A stretch of 61,817 bases of DNA, filler included, from Sphacelaria rigidula (taxonomy: Eukaryota), in the NCBI GenBank assembly GCA_964200075.2. It is 9 parts of 9 records of this genome, joined end to end, with 100 filler letters (N's around TTAATTAATTAA, not from the genome) between each part and the next. Parts side by side here need not be neighbours in the genome. Positions count along the whole stretch, not along the records: positions 48,160 to 54,938 come from CAXNAA020018127.1; positions 55,039 to 61,817 come from CAXNAA020018128.1; 7 more parts are not named here. One strand, given 5' to 3'. Of this stretch, positions 52,845 through 61,817 are shown piece after piece. The notes under the pieces are model-generated. The model saw only the letters and a program-made list of their open reading frames with translations, was not told the origin of the DNA and made no database searches. Each line of letters opens with the position of its first letter. The stretch's first letter is position 1. The position numbers were made by a program, and so were the translations under genes.

Positions 52845-54551
52845 GCATACCCAGGGCTACGGCTGAGAGGTTTGCTCTTCTTCACGAGCTTGACAACGTA
52901 AATCTAGGGAACAACTTATGGATAGATCCGCCATCTGAGGTTGTTGACGGCGGATGGGAACAAATCGTCAGCTATTACGAGGCGCTGGCACGCTCGGGCG
53001 CGACCACCTCTCATGAGCTAAAGATGGTGTTGGTCGGTGCAGTATGCGCCGGGAAAACGACCCTAGCGAGAGGTCTGCGGAAGGGCGAGCCGGCTCCGAC
53101 GGCGGAGAGCGAGCGCACGAGGGGCGTCGATGTGCACATACAGCCGTGGAGGCCGAACTCTACGGAGCCGCTTGAGGTGCTCATGTGGGACTTTGCGGGA
53201 CACCTGGAGTACTACTCCACGCACCAGGTGAGGGCTGCTAGCTTGTTTTATCTGGGTTGGGCTGACGTTATCTGTTGACTTGCTGCTGTGGTTAGGTTGC
53301 AATCCTTGCCTGTCAGTGAACCACTTTTGACGATGTTGGGTCACGATGGGTCAAACAGGTTCCAAAACAGTGGCTTCATGTTCGATTGTTGGGTGAAGGC
53401 AACGAACAGGCCATCAAAGTAACGGCTGTTGCCTATACCCCTTTTTTCTTCAGCATTAGCTTCCTGGAGTCGCAACCGCTGTCAGTACCGGGGTGTATGC
53501 ATTGCAAATGTTGTCGTGTAGCGCGCGTTGAATGTTTAATCCACGCAAACAACTGGTGTCCATAATTTATGTTTTGATCTTGACGGCCTTGTGGACAGAG
53601 TCGGTTGCTGACATTGCGTAAACTGCGTGCGGAAAAATGGCGTCGATAATAACCTGCAGGAGGACTGCGGATTTCGCGCTTGCGGACATGATATTTACGT
53701 ACCCTCTTTGATTCCCACGATATACTGGTGTGTTTCCAATGCACGGCTAGATCTATCTAACCAGCGGAGCTCTGATGCTTCTGGTCGTGGATCTGCTCAA
53801 GTTCCAGAACGATATTTCTCATCGAGGGGAAGCAGTGTACACCTGGCTGGACGTTTTGCTGTGCCGTTTGCCCGGATGCGCAGTCCTCGTCGTCGCAACC
53901 CATGCGGACGGCTTCAGCGGGGACGATACGAAAGTCGCGGAAACTTTAGAGTTTTTGGAGGAGGAGGTCCGCGTACACTTGAAGCTCAAGCGCGAACAGT
54001 GGGGCGCAACTGAAAAGACGCCGGGACTCACTATCGAACAGGGACCCGACCATACTGCGAAGACAGCCCCGTCCCTCACTGTGTGCGGTATCGTGGAAGC
54101 CTCCGGCTGTAGCAAGGAAGGTCTGAATCATCTGCGAGATGAGATCTGCAGACTAGCCGGAGAAGGTGGTCTTGATGAGGACGGCAAACGCCTGTTCCCT
54201 AACGTCGGCCAGAAAGTCCCGGTGTCCTGGGTCAGGGTGGGGGCTATGGCGGCGGCCTTGCACAAGGGTGGGGAGCTTGCCCTGGCGGTACAGTCGTATG
54301 GCGAACCTGTAAAGCCCGTTGAAGGCCACCCCAAGCACAACTTCGTCACCAAGGAGTTTGCACTGGAGAAATGGTCGAGGGTGGTACGACAGCTTGACCT
54401 TGAGGCGGAACTGGAAGGGCGCAAGGGTAAACGTTCCGCAGTGAAGAATACGGTGAAGAAGGCCCTGAAGAAGGTTTCGGGACCCTTTGGCTCCCTTGGC
54501 AAAAGGGCAACAGCGGCGAAACCTTCAAAGAACGAAGAGCGCGTTCTCGTG
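52845..54551 (+). CDS. ROCO protein (LRR-ROC-COR GTPase), partial: last LRR, ROC domain and probable start of COR
   Basis: Exon 52845-53227 has a terminal LRR/cap (GIP...LDNVNLGNN..DPPSEV), P-loop KMVLVGAVCAGKTT, switch I RTRGVD and G3 WDFAGHLEYYSTHQ. Exon 53751-54551 continues in phase 0 with IYLTSGALMLLVVDL, WLD, G4 VVATHAD and FPNVGQKVPVSW. Boundaries are canonical AG/GTGAG. Confidence 0.92.
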
Positions 54552-54785
54552 GTGAGTCATGCAGTATCACGATGCAAAATCATACCGTTGGGGTTTCGAT
54601 GCAAGTATTATCTTCCACTCTGCTGCTTACCATCAAGGCTCCACCATCAGGTTGCACAGTGTCCGTGAACGTCGATTGCCAGTCCCGTGTGTGTATACTA
54701 ACAGGTTTTACATGTATGAAGAGGAACTGACCATAGATTGTCGAGGGGGAGGGATGTTGCAGCCATTTTTTGCACGGAGTCGGAG

Positions 54786-54938
54786 TCAGTGGTTCGGTTG
54801 GTATCCTCAAAACCCTCTGATGGTTGGGTCGTGGGTTCAATTCTCGGAGCGATCTGGGATTTTTTTTCACACCATGCCCAACAGTGGAGAGCGGCTTTGT
54901 CGTGGGTATACAAAATTCGACGTAAGGGTCGACGAGGG
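54786..54938 (+). mobile_element. tRNA-derived SINE head in a ROCO intron (cut by scaffold end)
   Basis: TGGTTCGGTTGG A-box-like and GGTTCAATTC B-box-like motifs, followed by the GATCTGGGATTTTT family body. Confidence 0.78.
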
Positions 54939-55038
54939 NNNNNNNNNNNNNNNNNNNNNNNNNNNNNNNNNNNNNNNNNNNNTTAATTAATTAANNNNNN
55001 NNNNNNNNNNNNNNNNNNNNNNNNNNNNNNNNNNNNNN
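54939..55038. other. Artificial scaffold spacer
   Basis: N44-TTAATTAATTAA-N44. Confidence 0.99.
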
Positions 55039-55104
55039 CGATCTGACTCGAAATTTCGAGCAACAAATGGTCCAAAATACCCCCCCCTATCGTAGGATGA
55101 CTCT

Positions 55105-56760
55105 TTAACCGCTTATACGGGTCGACTCCCAGATCCTGTAGCGCCGGCAACCCCAGAAGAACAACGCCATCCGACCCTGGCATAATCGCAAACGAGATCG
55201 GAGGCAACCGCACCAGCCCCCAAACAGTCTTGAAGGCTAGCTGCAACGGAACAGTACGCTCCGTGACTAGAACATGCTGCCCTGACGCGATGACTGCCTG
55301 CCGCGCCAGGAGCGAAAGCGAGATGCGCAGCGGCACACCCGGGAGTTTTCGCTCCAGCATCTCAACCATCTGCACCGGCAGACTAGTGAAATGGGCGCCA
55401 GAATCCAAGACAGACCGAACCACAATGGCTCCACGCTGCCGTTGATTCGGAAGACATGACGCCGCCGGAATATATCTGTCGGCAAGTTCCACGGGAACTC
55501 CTTCCGCTGACCTATGCGCCGCTAATCCCACTCGATGCCACGGGTGCGCAAGCTGCGTAGGCGAAGACGCCCCGGCAGGTTCAAACGACACCGCCGGCGG
55601 GTACGCCCCCCAGCCAGCAAACCAAGAACTCGGCGACCCTCCGACCAGCGCGTCAACAGGCGTCGCGCCTGGCGCTGCTGCCGGTGTCGCCGCCGGCGCC
55701 ACCACCGGCGCCGGCGCAGTGTTCGACTCTGTAGAAGTCAGGCCCACCTGCACCGCCCGCTGCGGAGCAAGAGCACCTACGGCGGCGCCGGAACCAGAGC
55801 CAGGCCCATGCTGACGCCGCTGCCCCTGCTGCTCCTGATTCTGCTGCTGCTGCGGCTGCTGCTGAGGGCTCGCCTGCGATTCTCCGTCGCTGGAGGATCC
55901 GCCACCGCCACCACCCCCGATCTCCTCGTCTTTTGCCCTTGTGCTGATGATGCTGATGGCGTGCGGCATGAGACTGCCCAGACTCTCCATCGAAAGACGT
56001 TGGGCAATCGCGCGCGTAATGGCCGACCTGGCCACAGCGGTGGCAAGTAATACCCGCGGCGCAACCGGTCGATTTCGAGCGGTGGTTGCGCAAAGATTTC
56101 GACAAAGAGGTGGACGACTGGCCGAACACCTCTATTTTCCGTCTCTCCTTGGCCTCGGTCACGACGGTGCTCATCACCAGGTACGGGTCGTCCTTCCAAT
56201 CTGTTTGGTGCTGCAGCTTGACAAGCACAGCTCGCTTGAAATTTCCGGTGCCAACCCCTCCACCAAAGCCTTGGTGATTACTGCTGCCGGGCCGGGAATG
56301 AACTCACCATTGGGGGAACGATATACGAGTTCTACGTTCGGATTTTCCGTGAAGTACTTATCCAAATTGGCCAAGATGGGCTCCACACGCTCCAACATCG
56401 TTTTCCTCTGAGAATCCATTGCGACAGCTTTCGCCACGGCCGCGGACGTTTGGGTCAGATCTACCTCGGCGCCCGCTGCATGCCCAGCATGCTTTTTGGT
56501 CGCCACAACCAATTGCGGCGAGGTGAGGGTGCTCTCATTATGTTCCAAACGAGCGAACACTCTCTGTACACGAGTTGGTGGTTGTTGAGCCATGGTCACC
56601 ACCTGATGCCGCACGGCACCCCCTGCATTAGCGTGCTCCACACGCCTCCTGTATTCCAAATACCTCATCATGTAAAAAGTGCGAGATGCACTCTCTGAGT
56701 ACCTGTCCCCGTATTAGGGAGGTCGCACTTCTTCCCGCGTGACCACGGATGTCACGGTGG
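55105..56760 (-). mobile_element. Frameshifted LTR retrotransposon gag-protease (Ty3/gypsy-like)
   Basis: Gag-like ORF pieces, a CCHC knuckle CHRCGQVGHYARDC (~56004-56045), and an aspartic protease VLDSGA (~55395-55412) with the downstream VLLGLP motif, spread over three frames. Confidence 0.85.
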
Positions 56761-57510
56761 ACGTACGTCGTGAGCCGGTAGCCGTAGCTGTAGCTGTAAC
56801 CGGCTACCTGCGAACCTCTGCAGGCCAGCGGACCTTTGCGAATTGCACTTTCCTTGCTTCGTCGCCGCACCACACAGTCGTAGGAGCCTCCAAACTCCCG
56901 CTGCACGCAGCTTCAGCAAGTCTCCAGTTTGGATTAATCGCAGGCCAGCCGCCTTTCTGCAGCCGCCTCAGCTGGAACCCTCTCCACGCGTCCGTGGGTT
57001 ATCAGGTTTCCACAGCTACCAAACTCCTTCCGCCGAATTCCTTTCAGCAGATTTCTAGCACTAACACTAGCGCTAGCACTAGCACTAATACCAATATTGT
57101 GACGCCAGCCAGTGGAAGCACTGTTGGATCACTGCTGTTGAGGGACTTCCCAGTCTTACTGGCCTCAGTTTCAGTTGTCAGCCTTTACAACATTCTCATT
57201 ATTCAGGAGTGACCTTCCAAGGCACCCACCTAGACACGCCAGGGCATCAACCTAGTGTCCCCGGTCATTATCCAGATCATCACTACCAACGGCCATTATC
57301 CATATCATCACTACCATCTCAGTGTACGGCGTATTGTCGTCACAAGCTGCAGGCATCCACATTGTATAGCCATACGTAGCCCATATGCCGCGCTAACTCT
57401 GCAGTATATGACATTGCATGAATAAGCACGGTATGGCACAGTCCTGCTTGGTATTGTGCAGTCCAGTCCAGTTTATTGTTGTGATCATATATCCCCATCA
57501 AAGTACAATA

Positions 57511-57898
57511 CGAGCTGGGCCAGCCTAGAGGCGGATTTGAAGTTTGCAGGTGAATGCGCCGGCCAATATTTGAAGTTGGAGCGTAAATTTCGGTACGGAC
57601 AATGCATAGGGCATAAAAAAATATTAAAGAAGCATCACATTTTTTTTTCGTGAGTTGGGGGGCATTTTACTGATACCTGAAAACTGATTATTACCCTTAA
57701 CCCACGAAAACAAACTTATGGGGCTTCTTCAATTTTTTTTTATGTCCCGTGGATTGTCCGTACCAAATTTTACGCTCCAACTCTAAATATTGGTCGGCGC
57801 ACTCGCCTTTCAAAAGCCGGGTCGGTAGAAATTCGGAACATTATTTCGCAGGCCACTCACCGGCCCACGTTTGGTTTTTGTGTATTGAAATTTTGCGA
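57511..57898 (+). mobile_element. 5' part of the mariner-like element
   Basis: TA|CGAGCTGGGCCAGCC start, internal hairpin at ~57549-57807, then sequence shared with 26740-26830 and 49395-49490. Confidence 0.75.
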
Positions 57899-57900
57899 GG

Positions 57901-58100
57901 GCGAATGAGACACAGATGGACTGGGACCTGCATCTGACCCTTGTCCAAATGAACTATAACAATTCAGTCAATGCCGCTACGGGATTGGCACCGAATGAAA
58001 TTCATATTGGTCGTGTGCCTAGGTTACCATTGACGATGTTCGAACGCAATAATGCAGGCGGACATCAGAGTCTGGATCGTGATGTTGTGGAATATCATTC
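57901..58100 (+). mobile_element. Gypsy-type integrase fragment
   Basis: DWDLHLTLVQMNYNNSVNAATGLAPNEIHIGRVPRLPL matches the retroelement integrase motif WDxxLxxxxxAYNxxxxxxTGxxPxExxxGRxPRLP. Confidence 0.8.
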
Positions 58101-58345
58101 AACAGCGGATCCTGAAAAATGAGGTCCATCCCAAAAAGGAGGTTAAAGTGACATTTCGTTTTTGCAGGAATGACGTGGAACACTTACGAACGTGCGAAGC
58201 CATCTTCTCCCCCGAATGCCCGCAGCAGTTAAACAGCTGTGGCTAGGTGCACCTAACGAATGCGGTGTGCACGCATGTCGGTGACGATATCACCAGAGAG
58301 AGAAGCAACGACAGAGAGGAAGCTCCTCGCCCGTGTCCTTTGTGT

Positions 58346-58555
58346 TGTAATGCGTGAGGAGACCACGTGCTTAGAGGACCGCATCGTAATTTGAAAAGCC
58401 CCATGGTTAGGGTTAGGGTTAGGGCTGGTGTTGGGGTTAGGGTCAGGGGCATGGTACCTGCAGGGACTGACCCGATTAGTTTTGAGAAACGTCAATCCTG
58501 AGGTATCTTGAATTACGGCGCGGTCCTCTACGCACGCGGTCCTCTCACGCATTAC
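58346..58555 (+). mobile_element. Telomere-repeat-bearing MITE, copy 2
   Basis: Same TIRs and TTAGGG array. Inserted in the 32339-type repeat with (T)GTGT duplicated. Confidence 0.92.
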
Positions 58556-59484
58556 TGTGTGTCCTTGCTCGACGATTACCAATCGCTCGAGAGACTGGCA
58601 TCACATGGAATAATAACCCTGGCAATCTCTCGCTTATTTCATAAGTCTCGTTTTGGATAATAAGATACAAGACTCCTAAAAATTGTAACCTCAGAAAGTA
58701 TTTGTGCCCCCCCCCCCCACCGTAGCATTACTCGATGTTCACCTCTTCTTCCATGATAGGGGTGGCACCCACAATTTCACCTTTTCCTAGGCTGCCATGA
58801 CTCGGGGCGCCCCTGACCGCTAAGGTTACGCATGATTTTCCCCACATGCTTCCATGTGATACACACTCTACTGACGCACTTCTTTCTCCCCGACCGTTAT
58901 TTCCGCCCACCTCTTGTGCCTCGTTCGGTGACTTTGCCTGGCGGCGCACATTCAACAGGCAACGCACTCGAGACTGTGAAGCACCTGAGGAGGAGCACGG
59001 GTGTAGCCGCTCTTCCTTCCCACTTCACTCGCTTCGCTCACGCTGGTCCCTTCCCTCCGAACCTGTCCAACTTTGCACAAACGCAGGCATGTCCCAACAT
59101 GGAACGCACCACACAGCTAGGCCATTTCCATGAGGAAGACTTTCCTTTTGAAATACCCATAGGAGGTCAATACTAATCGTTGCCGCTTCCATCCCGTTTC
59201 ACAGAGTGCACGGGCCACCTAGACGTGGCTTTCTTGACCGTCGTAGCAGTTGTCTCCAGCAAATAGTCGTTTGCTGGTTACTGATATATGCAGGATTCGA
59301 ACGAACGATGTTGCGTACGAGTACATGTTAACTTCACACAACATATTTGTTGAAACCAGAAGTGCTACTTTCATAGGCCGTCCACTGGTGAACGGATCTG
59401 CTTGCATGGCGGCACTCTTCATGAAACAAGCATTTGCGCTTGCTGGCTCAGCGATCAAATGACGGCGTTATTAACGGGGTGCGT

Positions 59485-59927
59485 TGTAATGCGTGAGCGG
59501 ACATCGTGCTTTTTGGACCGCATCATACTTGAAGCACCCCTATGGGTAGGGTTAGGGTCAGGGTTGGTGTCAGGGTATGGGTCAGGGGTGTAATGCGTGG
59601 GAGGATCGCGTAGTACTTAGAGGACCGCGCCGTAGTTCAAAATACCTCAGGATCGATGTTTTTCAAAACCAATCGGGTCAGTCCCTGGAGGTACCACGCC
59701 CCTGACCCTAACCCCAACTCTAAAACCCTAACCCTAACCCTAACCCTAACCCTAACCACAGGGGCGTTTAAACTCCGATGCGGGCCTCTAAGCACGCGGT
59801 CCTCTCACGCATTGCAAGGGGCGCGCCCCCTGCAGCGACTGGCTCGAGCGGTCTTGAAAAGCGTCAGTCCCGGGGTGTTGGAACTCCAAGGCGGTCCAAA
59901 AGGCACGCGATCTGCTCACTTATTACA
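59485..59927 (+). mobile_element. Diverged telomere-repeat MITE (copy 3), interrupted by copy 4
   Basis: TGTAAT...ATTACA ends, GCGT duplicated, halves at 59485-59588 and 59817-59927. Confidence 0.82.
59589..59816 (-). mobile_element. Telomere-repeat-bearing MITE, copy 4 (nested, inverted)
   Basis: Family TIRs, five consecutive perfect CCCTAA units, AGGGG duplicated on both flanks. Confidence 0.9.
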
Positions 59928-60008
59928 GCGTAACCAAGTCCCGCCATGACCATATCAGAAATGGTCAGAATCAAACGTCAAATGACCGCTCTGTGTACGA
60001 AACGTATA

Positions 60009-60546
60009 CAGTACTGGGCGCCTGGACTAATTATTGTTGTCATTGGTAGCTTCTTCGTAATTGGTGATTTTGTTAGTTTCTTTCGCTTGCCATCGCTCAT
60101 CACATTGAGGATCTGAAGATACTTGAACCCGCTCCACATTCCAACAAATAATCATCGGTACTCAAGATTGAGTGACTTACGCGCTGATCGGTCATCGACG
60201 GTCCTGCCACGTTTCAGCCCAGATTTTCGACTCTTCGGAATCTGGTATTTTCGGTCAATCGAGCCTGTCCTAATCGTATTTGTGAAGAGATGAACTGGAT
60301 TTTTTTTTTTTCACCTACTCATTGCGCTAGACTCGAATAACTGTGTTTCGCGGTCAAAAAGACCCTTCTGATAAACGGGGTATCAACTCCTTTCGCCCGA
60401 CAACACCAAGTACAACTAACATGGCACTCGGGGGAGATCTGTTCATTTTACCAAAATATATCGATGCAAACACTTTCGAGTTCAATCAAAGACTAGGTGC
60501 GAGAAAACCCTTCTGAACACACAGGCAGTTCAGGCGCCCAGTGCTG
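60009..60546. mobile_element. Tc1/mariner-type MITE
   Basis: TA|CAGTACTGGGCGCCTGGACT ... AGTTCAGGCGCCCAGTGCTG|TA gives 20-bp TIRs (2 mismatches) and a TA duplication. Confidence 0.78.
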
Positions 60547-61129
60547 TAGTGTGTGATTGGTCTCACCATGATGACATCGAAGGCCTGCGGATCCGAGCCT
60601 TCCACAGACACCGTCCGTAAGGTAGGTACCCGGTACCACCAGTATTTCGAATATCTCATACCTTACCGATGCCTAGGGCTAGGGTCAGGGTTTGGGATAC
60701 CTCACATGGATATAATTATCGATCATAGATATCCCGGATGGATAAACATATTCATGAGAGACATATCTGATTGAAATCCTTCATGAATACCCATGACGGA
60801 ATCCATGATGGACATCCACTTCATCACGGATATCCCACACATTGATATTCTGTGATGTGATCAGGACTGCAGTTGTTTTTTCTGGTATGACTAGCAGGTA
60901 CCAGGAGTATATATCTTGGGCGAAAAATTAGGCATCATCTAATCAGCTGTTCGTCAGCTGTAATGCTTGGGAAACGAGGGCGTCGTTGGTCGCTGACATG
61001 TTGGATGACGTGGATTGATGAAGTCGAACGATCAACTATGTACACACTTGTTCGAAGCAGTTATGTTTGGATGGATTTGTGTGATGACTATTGAAAAAAA
61101 AAAACACTTTTTCGTAGAATGGTGATGGC

Positions 61130-61340
61130 TGTAATGCGTGAGAGGACCGCGTGCTTGGAGGACCGCGCCGTCGTTCAAAACACCTCAGGATCGACGTTTT
61201 TCGGAAACAATCGGGTCAGTCCCTGCTGGTACCGCGCCCCTGACCCTAACCCCAACATTAACCCTAACCCTAACCCTAACCATAGGGATGTTCAAATTCC
61301 GATGCGGTCCTCTAAGCACGCGGTCCTCTCACGCATTACA
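61130..61340 (-). mobile_element. Telomere-repeat-bearing MITE, copy 5
   Basis: 37-bp TIRs with one mismatch, CCCTAA array, ATGGC duplicated on both flanks. Confidence 0.93.
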
Positions 61341-61817
61341 ATGGCAACCTGGCCCCCTACCGGCTACTTTATCGCCACTCGCTTGGATTCCAACAGTACA
61401 GTAGAGATTAGTCAAAACACTTCTTCCAGCGTCTGACACCTCTGCTGCACTTCCAACTGTCTCCTGCTTCGGCAACTGGGCCGTCTCGAACAAACCTATT
61501 CAGCGAGTTCTTGAGTATATTTTTTGCTTTGATTTGATTGTGCTACTACGTTTTAATGAGCACTGTTAGATAATACCCCTAGCGCACACAACTCGCTTGC
61601 TTACAGCAGTCAAGGCTTTGATTCTGGGAATATATCACTCCTCTGTGTTTGGGAAGAAAGGGTGACAGCCTTCTCCACATTACATCTGGGGCTTCAGCTG
61701 GAATATGCCAGCTGATGCCCCGTGCGTCAAGTGGATAGGTGAAGCACCTTGCGGTGTGTGACGGTTTAAGGGACAACCAACTAGACTACTGACCAGTCAG
61801 CGCTGACTGGTCAGTAG

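Noticed and set aside
13871-54551. Plastid-function or defence gene cluster (chlD, DUF1295, gyrA, ROCO)
   Set aside because: The genes are on different scaffolds joined only by length sorting.
61786-61817. Perfect 32-bp palindrome at the window end
   Set aside because: Loopless palindrome ending at the sequence end, typical of a chimeric-read artefact.

Overview
This window is not one locus. It is nine unrelated eukaryotic scaffolds, sorted by length (6781, 4x6780, 4x6779 bp) and joined by eight artificial 100-bp N44-TTAATTAATTAA-N44 spacers, so nothing can be inferred across spacers. GT-AG introns, nuclear plastid-function genes, an LRR-ROC-COR gene and the repeat landscape suggest a photosynthetic stramenopile, most likely a brown alga (inference). 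Host genes reconstructed by hand from splice sites: a 5'-truncated 12-exon magnesium chelatase subunit D (chlD, 13871-19375); two exons of DNA gyrase A (gyrA, minus, 44992-47833); two large exons of a ROCO (LRR-ROC-COR) GTPase (52845-54551); two exons of a DUF1295/steroid-reductase-like membrane protein (40108-40988); and a few acidic exons of unknown genes. Much of the rest is decayed mobile DNA: RTE-like LINE fragments, copia RNase H, gypsy gag-protease and integrase, tRNA-derived SINEs, several MITE families and simple repeats. The most unusual signal is a ~210-bp MITE family (5 copies, one nested in another) with TGT...ACA ends, 37-bp TIRs, 4-5-bp target duplications and an internal (TTAGGG)n-type array. 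A second is a TA-flanked mariner-like element whose internal hairpin arms co-vary between copies. No CRISPR array, rRNA or prokaryotic operon is present, and most ORFs in the supplied track appear spurious.
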